Origin: Gemmatimonadota bacterium
Lineage (GTDB): Bacteria > Gemmatimonadota > Gemmatimonadetes > Gemmatimonadales > Gemmatimonadaceae
Length of the DNA stretch: 64,000 bases
Assembly (NCBI GenBank): GCA_016719105.1
Contig: JADKAQ010000046.1
Span: 518,272-582,271, forward strand
Direction: 5' to 3'
Made by a program: the position numbers and the translations under genes. Position 1 is the first letter of the stretch. Every line of letters begins with the position of its first letter. This document shows, piece by piece, positions 22,485 to 30,809 of this stretch. The notes beneath the pieces were generated by a model, which saw only the letters and a list, made by a program, of their open reading frames with translations, was not told the origin of the DNA and ran no database searches.

Positions 22485-22768
22485 TCGCGTTCCTTGATGA
22501 ATCGCTTCAGTGCCCCCGGGCGACGCGCCACCGCGCGAAGCCCGACTGCGGTCCCAGGCTTCCGGACCGCGGGCGTGACTTCGCCGCGCGCTTCCATCTC
22601 CGCGAGGCGCTGTTCGAGCGTCTGTTGTTGGGGGAGTGTCTCGATCGGGCGCAACTCCGCCGCGGGTTGACCATGCACCGTAATGACGATGGTGCGTCCC
22701 TCACGCACCTGCCGGATCAGCGCCGAGAGTTTCGCCTTGGCGTCGTACAGGGAGTATTCATCACGCAT
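22481..22768 (-). CDS. Phd/YefM-family type II antitoxin
   Basis: SLYDAKAKLSALIRQVREGRTIVITVHGQPAAELRPI is the canonical Phd/YefM N-terminal domain. Confidence 0.85.
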   Translation of the reverse strand: MRDEYSLYDAKAKLSALIRQVREGRTIVITVHGQPAAELRPIETLPQQQTLEQRLAEMEARGEVTPAVRKPGTAVGLRAVARRPGALKRFIKERE

Positions 22769-22773
22769 GCTGG

Positions 22774-22802
22774 AGTATATTCTGGTCAGACTAGTCAGTC
22801 AA
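22774..22802 (-). promoter_or_regulatory. sigma-70-like promoter of the Phd-PIN operon with embedded palindrome
   Basis: Reverse strand reads TTGACT (22797-22802), a 17-nt spacer, then TATACT (22774-22779). The ATG lies only 5 nt after the -10 box, so the transcript is leaderless or nearly so. The spacer contains the palindrome GACTAGTC (22789-22796). Confidence 0.55.
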
Positions 22803-22873
22803 TTGTCGGCGCGCGGCGCACGGAGCTCCGCGCAATCGTGACGCCTCCACTTCTCAAGCGGTGACACCCGGTG

Positions 22874-23914
22874 ATGCCCGTTCCGCTCAACGTCGCGCTG
22901 GTCGGCTACGGCTTCGCCGGCCGAGTGTTCCATGCCCCGCTCATCGCCTCGGTGGAAGGGTTACGGTTGCACACCATCGTGTCGAGCCAGGAGGCGCTCG
23001 TCCGGGAGCACTGGCCGAGCGTGAGAGTACACCGAGAGTTCGACGCCGCCCTGGCCGACCCCGAGACAGACCTCGTCGTGCTGGCCTCGCCTAACGCCGT
23101 GCACGCCGAGCAGGCGCATGCGGCGCTGGGTGCCGGCAAGCATGTCGTGGTGGACAAGCCGTTCACCGTGACTGTTGAGGAGGCCGAGAGCGTCGTGGCG
23201 CACGCCGAGCGTGCGGGGCGTGTGGTGTCGGTGTTCCACAATCGCCGGTGGGACAGCGACTTCCTGACGGTGCGCAAGCTGATCGCCGAGGGGGCGTTAG
23301 GCGAGGTGACGTACTTCGAGTCGCGGATCGATCGGTATCGCCCCGTGGTGCGTGACCGGTGGCGCGAGCGTGCGGGGGCGGGGGCCGGTCTCTGGTACGA
23401 TCTGGGGCCGCACCTGGTGGATCAGGCGCTGCAGCTCTTTGGTCCGCCGATTGATGTGATGGCCGACCTGGCGATCCAGCGCGAGGGGGCGCAGGTGGAC
23501 GACTATTTCCATGTGGTGCTGCGCTATCAGCGGCTCCGGGTGGTGTTGCATGCGTCGATGCTCGCGGCGGCGAACGATCTCAGGTTCGCGGTGCATGGGA
23601 CGCGGGGGAGCTACATCAAACTGGGGACCGATCCGCAGGAGGAGGTGTTGCGGGGCGGTGGCGCGGTAGGCGGGGAAGCGTGGGGCGTCGATCGGCGGCC
23701 GGGGGTGCTGACTGTGGCGGAGGGGGATGGGTTCGCTCGGCGAGAAGTAGATGTGGTCGCGGGGGACTATCGGCGGTTCTATGAGGGGGTGCGGGGGCGA
23801 TTCGTGGAAGCGGGGGAATCCGGTGCGTGGAGAGGAGGGGGTGGAGGTGATGCGGTGGGTGGAAGCCGCTCTTCGGAACTGAGGATCGGAAGCGAGCGGA
23901 AGCCGACCGTTTAG
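22874..23914 (+). CDS. Gfo/Idh/MocA-family NAD(P)-dependent oxidoreductase (3' end frame-ambiguous)
   Basis: Rossmann N-terminus VALVGYGFAGRVFHAPLI; family blocks LASPNAVHAEQA and VVVDKPF. After GDYRRFYEGVRG the family-like C-terminus AIRGSGG / NPVRGEEGVEVMRWVEAALRN* continues in the other two frames (stop 23880-23882). Confidence 0.85.
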   Translation: MPVPLNVALVGYGFAGRVFHAPLIASVEGLRLHTIVSSQEALVREHWPSVRVHREFDAALADPETDLVVLASPNAVHAEQAHAALGAGKHVVVDKPFTVTVEEAESVVAHAERAGRVVSVFHNRRWDSDFLTVRKLIAEGALGEVTYFESRIDRYRPVVRDRWRERAGAGAGLWYDLGPHLVDQALQLFGPPIDVMADLAIQREGAQVDDYFHVVLRYQRLRVVLHASMLAAANDLRFAVHGTRGSYIKLGTDPQEEVLRGGGAVGGEAWGVDRRPGVLTVAEGDGFARREVDVVAGDYRRFYEGVRGRFVEAGESGAWRGGGGGDAVGGSRSSELRIGSERKPTV

Positions 23915-23964
23915 TCCTGAACAGTGTGACGCTGGCGAAAACCGAGGTTAGTGGACCGAGTCTG

Positions 23965-23998
23965 CGAGGGCAGTTCGCCATGTGCGACGCTGCCCTCG
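23965..23998 (+). terminator. 9-bp-stem hairpin downstream of the oxidoreductase gene
   Basis: CGAGGGCAG (23965-23973) pairs with CTGCCCTCG (23990-23998). No U-tract. Lies at the left edge of the AT-richer island. Confidence 0.3.
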
Positions 23999-24187
23999 AA
24001 TCGCGGTTGTATCTGGTCTCTTCTCAAATGCCCTCAGTTCGTCCGACCAACCAGACCCTAGGGGTAACCCTGGTGTTCAGTGTCAGACCTTGGTCGTATG
24101 GTAGGGGTTGCCACGCTCTACCTGTCTGAGCAGCACCGGCCTTTGGTAACCGACGCCACCGTTTCCACCGAGTTGGGAGGCGATTCG

Positions 24188-26107
24188 ATGTGTGCGGCAG
24201 TCTGGCACTTTCGCCGAAAGCGACCGAGTGACACCGCCAGAGATCCCATTTCGTCCGAATTCTTCGCGGACGAGTCGGTTGAGGATGCAGCTCGAGCTCT
24301 CGTGCGCGAGTCGATTCAGAATTCGCTCGATGCTCGTTTGAAGAACCGAGACGATCCGGTTGCCATTCGTGTGTTTATCGGCGTCAACGGGGGCGCCGCC
24401 CTTCCGTCGACAGCGGCTCGATTCTTCGATGGGGTTTGGCCTCACTTGGGCTCGAAGCGAAGCGGACTTCAATCTCCGCCATCGCCAAGAGATCGATGCA
24501 GCTTCCTAACCATCGAGGACTTCTCCACGACGGGTCTGGAGGGCGACCCGGATGAATGGACGCCGAAGGCGGGCAAGCCAAATGCCTTCTATTCGTTCTT
24601 TCGCGCCGAAGCCTACTCCGAGAAGCAGGGGGATGATCGGGGCCGGTGGGGTGTTGGCAAACTGGTCTTTCCGAGATCCAGCAGGGGAAGCTGCTTCTTT
24701 GGGCTCACCGTTCCAATCACTACCGGCCAACCCCTGCTCATGGGGCGGATGATTCTTCGCCATCATGAGGTCGGCGCTCACGAGTACGTCCCTGACGCCA
24801 TGTTCGGCGTTAAGAAGCTCCTTCACAACGACCCCGACTTTGTCGCGCCGTGCACTGACACTCAAGTGCATAGGGACTTTCGGCAGGCTTTTGCAGTCAA
24901 GCGAACCACCCAACCCGGCTTGTCCGTCGTGGTCCCGTGGCTCGACGACGAAGACTCCTTCACGCTCGACGCGCTCACCAAGGCAATCGCCGCCGAGTAC
25001 ATGCTGCCTGTCCTTCGTGGGCGACTCGTCGTTACGGTCGAAGACGGCGCGAAGAGCCACAAGATTGATCGAGATACGCTTCTCAAGTCTTCCCAGAAAT
25101 GGATCGACGAATCCATCGCAGATCTTCTGAAGCTGGGCATCTTTGCTTCGCGGATCGACGCAAGAGACGTCGTACAGGTGACATCCCCAGATCAATCGAA
25201 CGCTCCCAAGTGGGCCGACAAGGCGCTCGCCGACGACGTGATCGCATCGTCCCGCGCGAAACTCGAAGGTGGTGATCCTGTCGCCTTCGAAGTTCCGATT
25301 ACGGTCCACCCGAAGCAGGGCGCCGCCGGCAGATCGCGCATGAGAGTGCACATGATCGAGGCCGGCCAAGAGGCTTCGAGTACGAGCCCGGTCTTCGTTC
25401 GTGAAGACATAACGGTAACGGGTGCGAGGGGCACACGAGTGCCTGGCTACGTGAGCCTCGTTACGATCGATGATGGTCCGCTTGCCACGCTCCTGGGAGA
25501 CGCTGAGAATCCCGCCCATACGGAATGGCGCCACCACACACGAGGCTTCCGGGAAAAGTATAAGTACCCTAAGGCATTCCTCACGTTTGTTCGTGAGGCC
25601 CCGCACAACCTGTTCAGCACAATCTTCAAGGATGCCTTGGAGGAAGATCACTTCGCGCTCGGCGCATTCTTTCCTGATGTGCGAGCCGACAGTGACGCTC
25701 GGGCAAAAGGCGGCGACAAGAAGAAGCGCCAGAAACCAGGAGTGGATACAGACGCGCCACCGCAACTCGAGAAGAAGCCACGACGACATGGCTTGCGTCA
25801 GGTGGACGGAGGATTCGAGGTAACGGCGGGCGACCCAGGTGCGCAGCGTCCCTCACTCATACGGATCAGAGCCGCATATGACGTCCGTCGCGGAGATCCG
25901 CTCAAACGCTACGAACCGTTTGATTTCGATTTCTCGTCTGGGACCATGGACCTGAGCTTCGAAGGTCTTAGGATCAAAGTTGCCAATGAGAACGAGGTGC
26001 TTGCCGAAGTCATATCGGACGACTTTCGATTGCGCATCACCGGGTTTGACAGCAATCGAGATGTGTTCGTGCGCGTGACGCTGCCGGAGGGTCGCGATGA
26101 GCGTTAG
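24188..26107 (+). CDS. GHKL (Bergerat-fold, Hsp90/MutL/MORC-like) ATPase-like protein, 639 aa - gene A of a three-gene operon
   Basis: ATG 24188 is preceded by GGGAGG 7 nt upstream; the ORF is also open from GTG 24080. N box RESIQNSLDA, G1-like TIEDFSTTGLEGD and G2-like GRWGVGKLVF occur in the canonical order. Lys-rich linker KGGDKKKRQKP. The C-terminal ~400 aa is unassigned. Confidence 0.7.
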   Translation: MCAAVWHFRRKRPSDTARDPISSEFFADESVEDAARALVRESIQNSLDARLKNRDDPVAIRVFIGVNGGAALPSTAARFFDGVWPHLGSKRSGLQSPPSPRDRCSFLTIEDFSTTGLEGDPDEWTPKAGKPNAFYSFFRAEAYSEKQGDDRGRWGVGKLVFPRSSRGSCFFGLTVPITTGQPLLMGRMILRHHEVGAHEYVPDAMFGVKKLLHNDPDFVAPCTDTQVHRDFRQAFAVKRTTQPGLSVVVPWLDDEDSFTLDALTKAIAAEYMLPVLRGRLVVTVEDGAKSHKIDRDTLLKSSQKWIDESIADLLKLGIFASRIDARDVVQVTSPDQSNAPKWADKALADDVIASSRAKLEGGDPVAFEVPITVHPKQGAAGRSRMRVHMIEAGQEASSTSPVFVREDITVTGARGTRVPGYVSLVTIDDGPLATLLGDAENPAHTEWRHHTRGFREKYKYPKAFLTFVREAPHNLFSTIFKDALEEDHFALGAFFPDVRADSDARAKGGDKKKRQKPGVDTDAPPQLEKKPRRHGLRQVDGGFEVTAGDPGAQRPSLIRIRAAYDVRRGDPLKRYEPFDFDFSSGTMDLSFEGLRIKVANENEVLAEVISDDFRLRITGFDSNRDVFVRVTLPEGRDER

Positions 26108-26852
26108 GCATTTCAACTATACGCAGCGCAAGCGTCTGCTTCACGCCGACACGAGCATTGCACTCTCTCGTCGCGCCGAAGAGGTCTCGTTCGACGTGCA
26201 ACTAAGGCTCGGCAACTACGAGTTTCCTGGCAACTCGGCCGTCGTTGTGGAGGCGTACCGGCAGACAAGCCTGCGACGCTACTCCTTTGGCACGGCGGCC
26301 AGCCCTAGTCCGCGAGACTCGACGCGTCTCGATGGTTTTCCTGATGTCGAGTCGCTGCTGTTTCGCGTCAAGATCATCGACCCTGCCAACGGAAAGCTGC
26401 TGGCGGAAGCGGATAAGATAAAGCCAGTAGACCCGGACGGCGGTGAACGACCCTCTCTGCTTCGTGTCAGGTCAGACAACCTCTCCGGCGAGGCCTGGAA
26501 ACTCGCATTCGAGGACGATCACCCCGTGCTTGTTATCGAAAAGAGCTACGGCCCCTACCAGTCCTTGCTCGCCTCACCTCATTTCCGCTGGCTAGTACTT
26601 CCGCAGCTCCTTCGATCACTCCTCAAGCGAGCCATGCTTGAAGATCTCGACGAGCTTCTCGACGAGACTTCTTCTTCGTGGCAAAATGCGGTAGTGCGCC
26701 AAGCACGAGTGTTAACTGGAATGAACCCACCTGACGGAGACGACGAGCAAGAAGTCGACGATTGGATTACATCTGCCGTGCGCGCCTTCTGCAGACGCCA
26801 CGGACTAGCACAACGGTACCACGCAGATGTGTTTGGGGGAGGCGAATCGTGA
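26097..26852 (+). CDS. hypothetical protein, 251 aa - gene B of the operon
   Basis: ATG 26097 is preceded by GGAGGG and overlaps the gene A stop by 11 nt. Acidic C-terminal half (LEDLDELLDETSS, DGDDEQEVDDW). No recognisable motif. Confidence 0.6.
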   Translation: MSVRHFNYTQRKRLLHADTSIALSRRAEEVSFDVQLRLGNYEFPGNSAVVVEAYRQTSLRRYSFGTAASPSPRDSTRLDGFPDVESLLFRVKIIDPANGKLLAEADKIKPVDPDGGERPSLLRVRSDNLSGEAWKLAFEDDHPVLVIEKSYGPYQSLLASPHFRWLVLPQLLRSLLKRAMLEDLDELLDETSSSWQNAVVRQARVLTGMNPPDGDDEQEVDDWITSAVRAFCRRHGLAQRYHADVFGGGES

Positions 26853-27571
26853 ATCTTCGCGAGTTCAATGCGGAGGGTATTCAGGAGGCGCACTCCTTTC
26901 TGGAGCTGTTGCGCACAGGGGAATCTCTACCGACACCCTACCAGCTTCTCGAAGACGACGAACTTTCGTCCGAGTTGCCCGTGTCGTTGAAAGGGCTCGC
27001 ACATTCGTTCGAATCGAGATTCGAAATGGCGCTACGCATGAACACCGTGCTAGCGCCGGTTCTCAACTCACCGCGAGCGGACAGTGTCGGTATGTGGACT
27101 TGGCTCGCGCTGCTATTCCTCGATACGCTTGCACCGCAAAAGGCCAACGGATCTCGAAAGATCGGAGACCAGGCGTTGTACATTCTAGAGCCGGACAACT
27201 GGCGTCGATATTATCGCCATCTCTTGGCGGGTCCTTGTCGCGTAATGCGCGCACACTGGGACGAACTTCACGTCACTCAGGCGATACTTGCAGGTAAGCC
27301 AAGCGTCCCGGGAGAGCTCTACGAGCAGATCGCTTCGCGGCAGGAGGTAATCACTAGCGCCGCGCTCCTTCGTTTGACACGCCGACTTTATTGGGACGCG
27401 TCCACGAAGGGGCTCAAGCGCGGCGCAGCCTCGAAAGGGGCCGGGAGCGCACGGCGACTTGCGGCGCTCTTGCTGCAACTGGATCTGACTTGGGACTTCA
27501 TCGAGATGACAGACGACGCGATGATTAAGCTGCTTCCGACACGCGAGTTTGCGCGATTCACTGGCGCATGA
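26849..27571 (+). CDS. hypothetical protein, 240 aa - gene C of the operon
   Basis: GTG 26849 overlaps the gene B stop as GTGA and is preceded by GGGGGAGG (an in-frame upstream ATG at 26762 is less likely). No recognisable motif. Confidence 0.55.
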   Translation: MNLREFNAEGIQEAHSFLELLRTGESLPTPYQLLEDDELSSELPVSLKGLAHSFESRFEMALRMNTVLAPVLNSPRADSVGMWTWLALLFLDTLAPQKANGSRKIGDQALYILEPDNWRRYYRHLLAGPCRVMRAHWDELHVTQAILAGKPSVPGELYEQIASRQEVITSAALLRLTRRLYWDASTKGLKRGAASKGAGSARRLAALLLQLDLTWDFIEMTDDAMIKLLPTREFARFTGA

Positions 27572-27657
27572 GAGGGTCGCGCCGCGGAAGCCCGGATCGC
27601 CAAGTTCACGTCACCGAGTGCAGGTACCAGGTGGCACTGGATGCCCTACGATCGTCA

Positions 27658-28891
27658 TCACGACTTGCATTGACGTCGCGTTTCCAGAATGAAACGTTCA
27701 AGCGAAAGCACGCGTTCGCGAACAGTCGTGGGATAGCTCTTGTGGAGTGACTTGGGAACGACCAGCACCACCCCCTCCTCCGTCATCTCGCGAAACTGCT
27801 CCTCCGACACCCCCTCCTGCAGCGTCAGCAGTGCTTCATCTCCACCCGTCGCGCCTCATTCAGAATCTGCCGCCAGCGGTCCTTCACCGTCGTCTTCGCG
27901 GCAAGCATGCGCAGCTGATCGTCCCGCCGATTCCCATCCCAGTAGCTCTCGATCGACGGAAAGATGAAATCCGGCTTCCGACTCCCCTCGGTGTGCGCGC
28001 CGTGAGAGAACGAGAGACCCTCCTCCCGGAAGATCCCCGCCAGTTGCAACTCGAGTGACCGTCCGGACCGGCTCTTTCGCCGATTCGTCACCGTGTGCGC
28101 ATACTCAGGAAGGCTTCGACTGAGTCGAAAGGGTGCTGCAATCGCGGAAGCACGTGGTGTGCCTCGACCGATCGGAACATCTCGTATTCGCACTGCCGTC
28201 GGCGCATCAGTCGATCGTCGGCCGCAAGCGCGCGCGAGCTTGGTAGGCTCTCGATGACGCGCGCGATAATTTCGTCCCCTGTGGGTATTCGTGCTTTCCA
28301 CGATTCCGGCATCGTCGCTGCCGTCAACGCACACGGGCGATCAGCTGCGATCAAGACGTCTGACAGCAGGACGCCCGTTGAGGTCAGCACCAGGCCTACG
28401 CCTGGCTCTATTGGCCCGACGCGATCGACGATACGATCATGTTCCTCGAGATTCCGCGATATCCAAACGCGCAGTCCATCGGCATCGCCCGCACCGATGC
28501 GGTGGTACGCGAAGACGACCAGCGAGCCTGTGGATTCGGAGGACACGACTGGAGCGTCTGTTGCTCCCCAGCGCGTCAGCCGCGCTTCATCGCGCCCGTT
28601 AGGTTGGCCCAGGCGCTTGGAGTTGTACCAGACGAGGCGAAGATTCGTCGTGTAGTCGCCGTGCGAATCGACGATCGCGTCGAAGAAGAGATCGGGGTTC
28701 TCTTCTCGCTCCGCACGATGGCAGAGGTGCGGGAAGACCACACGCAGCACCTCCTTGGCGACGTACGGACCGCCCTGGTGCACGTTGGCCTTCGCGTAGG
28801 TGTCGTTGGCCGACAGGTACTTCACGTACCAAAGCCAGTCCGACCCGGACACCTGTTCGAACCCCTCCGCGAGTTCGTTCTCCTCAGCCAC
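27658..28891 (-). pseudogene. EcoRII-family type IIE restriction endonuclease, interrupted by two frameshifts as sequenced
   Basis: Collinear with my recollection of EcoRII across three frames: WLWYVKYLSANDT, LTRWG, RRRQCEYEMF, FDSVEAFL // AHTVTNRRKSRSGRSLELQL, RKPDFIFPS, LRMLAAKTTVKDRWRQILNEA // LLTLQEGVSEEQFREM, VVLVVPKSLHKSYP. Shifts near 28104-28112 and 27828-27834. GTG start 28889-28891 overlaps the vsr stop. Confidence 0.85.
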
Positions 28892-29315
28892 CCTTCCCGC
28901 TCCCCGGTCGCGCTTGCTGAATTTTGCGCTTGAGCGCAGCGAGGCGGGAGGGGGAGAGACTGCATTCCCAGACAACTATCGGCGTCCAGCCGAGTCGGCG
29001 CAGCTCGCGCAGGTTGCGGCGATCCCTGGCGACGTTCTGGGCAAACTTCGCGTGCCAGAATTCGCGGTTGCTCGAGGGAGTCGTGGCATATCGACACGAC
29101 GAATGTCGATGCCAGAAGCAGCCATGCACGAGGACTGCGACTCGATAGCGAGCCAGTACGACGTCCGGACGCCCAGGCAGATCGCGTCGATGCAGCCGAA
29201 AACGAAACCCCTCTCGATGCAGGAAGCGCCGGACGGTGAGTTCCGGCGCCGTATCCTTGCCACCGATGCCGGCCATCATCCGGCTGCGCGTTGCGCGGTC
29301 GACGATATCGGCCAC
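28884..29315 (-). CDS. vsr: very-short-patch repair endonuclease
   Basis: From GTG 29313-29315: VADIVDRATRSRMMAGIGGKDTAPEL...GRPDVVL...VLVHGCFWHRH...REFWHAKF..NVARDR...GW.(I)VVWEC aligns motif-for-motif with E. coli Vsr. Starts 1 nt after the dcm stop. Confidence 0.9.
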   Translation of the reverse strand: MADIVDRATRSRMMAGIGGKDTAPELTVRRFLHREGFRFRLHRRDLPGRPDVVLARYRVAVLVHGCFWHRHSSCRYATTPSSNREFWHAKFAQNVARDRRNLRELRRLGWTPIVVWECSLSPSRLAALKRKIQQARPGSGKGG

Positions 29316-29316
29316 G

Positions 29317-30642
29317 TCAGTCCGCGGCTTCGAACTCCAGCGAGAGCTGCCGGCGACGTGGGCGATAGGCCTCACCCTCAAGATGCGGGCGCATCGCGGC
29401 CGCGATCGCCTCCACCAAGGGAACCACGACCGAGTTGCCGAACTGGCGATAGGCCTGCGTATCCGAGACGGGGATCTCCCAGCGTCGGTCGCCGCGGTCG
29501 AAGCCCATGAGTCGCGAGCACTCGCGCGGCGTTAGGCGACGCGGATTGCCGCTTCCCGCTTCACGAGGATCTCGGAACCGTCCTTGTAGTATCGTGCCGA
29601 CAGTGTTCGGGCGATGTCGTTCGGTCCCACGAGCCCGAAGCCGAAGCCGTTACCCTTCGCGCGATGCTTGTCCGCGTAGTCCTGCAAGTACTTCCACAGA
29701 TGATCGGTGAGGACGTACTTGGCGTGCGGGCGTCCCTTCGCGTCGATGAAACGGTCGTCCGCCACCCCTGCCTCATCCTTGGAGTGTAGGATGTCCCGAA
29801 GCACGGGCCAGTGCTCCTGCGCCGGGATGGCCACGTCCTCCCAACTGAAGTCAGTGTCCTCTCGGAATCCAACCAGGAAGATTCGTTCGCGGTGCTGCGG
29901 GACAAACGCGCGTGCGTTGATCACCTTGGGCCAGACGCGATAGCCGAGCTTTTCCTTCAGCGTCCGGACAATAACTGCGAACGTGCGACCACCGTCATGT
30001 CCCTGCAGGTTCTTCACGTTCTCGAGGAGAAACGCCTTCGGGCGATGATGCTCGAGGATTCGTTCGACCTCGAAGAAGAGCGTCCCCTGCGTCTCGCACT
30101 CGAAGCCGTGCTTGCGACCGAGTGAGTTCTTCTTCGAAACGCCGGCGATGCTGAACGGCTGACACGGAAAGCCGGCGAGAAGGACGTCGTGCTCCGGAAT
30201 GTCCTCCGGAGGCGACCTTCGTGATGTCGCCGGCGATGTGATGATCACCGAAGTTCGCGCGATATGTGCGCTGCGAGTGCTCATCCCACTCGGACGTGAA
30301 GACGCATTGTCCGCCGATCGACTCGAATCCGAGCCGAAGGCCGCCGATACCAGCGAAGAGATCAATGAACCGAAACGAGGGTGGCGATTCGCGCACCACA
30401 CTCACCTTCGGTTCGAGTCGGCGCCGCAGCTCCGCGAGTTCGAGCGCGCTGGGTTCGTGCTTGCCGCTCTCCCAGCGTTTCACGGTCGCGAGCGAACAGT
30501 CCGCGACCTTCGCCAGCTGTGACTGGGAAAGGCCGTTGCGGATGCGCAGGTCGTGCAGCTCGATGGCGACCGACGGCTTAGCGGGTTTTCTTCGGGCGGA
30601 AGGCACGGTGACAATCTGACACCGAGTTGTCCCGTGGGGCAA
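29317..30642 (-). pseudogene. dcm: HTH-fused DNA cytosine-5 methyltransferase (Dcm/M.EcoRII-like), interrupted by two frameshifts as sequenced
   Basis: Frame 1: XRE-type HTH (LRIRNGLSQSQLAKVADCSLATVKRWESG) then motif [11 protein letters not shown]. Frame 2: motif [13 protein letters not shown] (LLENVKNL), QHRERIF. Frame 3: [16 protein letters not shown] and motif [12 protein letters not shown]. Shifts near 30200-30216 and 29541-29565. Start TTG 30642 or GTG 30606. Confidence 0.85.
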
Positions 30643-30809
30643 GAGCCACCCGACGTCTGCTCATCTCTCCGCCGCGCAGTGCTCAAGCGATCAACAGGAC
30701 TCGACGCCTGGCACGCACGCCCAGTTGCGCCATCTAGCGATCCCGCGACTCTGACCCACGACGCGACGCCCGCGATGTCTCGCCAATGTCGCAGCCATCG
30801 CAACCCCAA

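Noticed and set aside
24506-25789. 427-aa ORF antisense to the GHKL-like gene
   Set aside because: No motif, no SD, and it would run head-on through an operon whose three genes have SD sequences and coupled junctions. The sense frame carries the ordered N/G1/G2 boxes.
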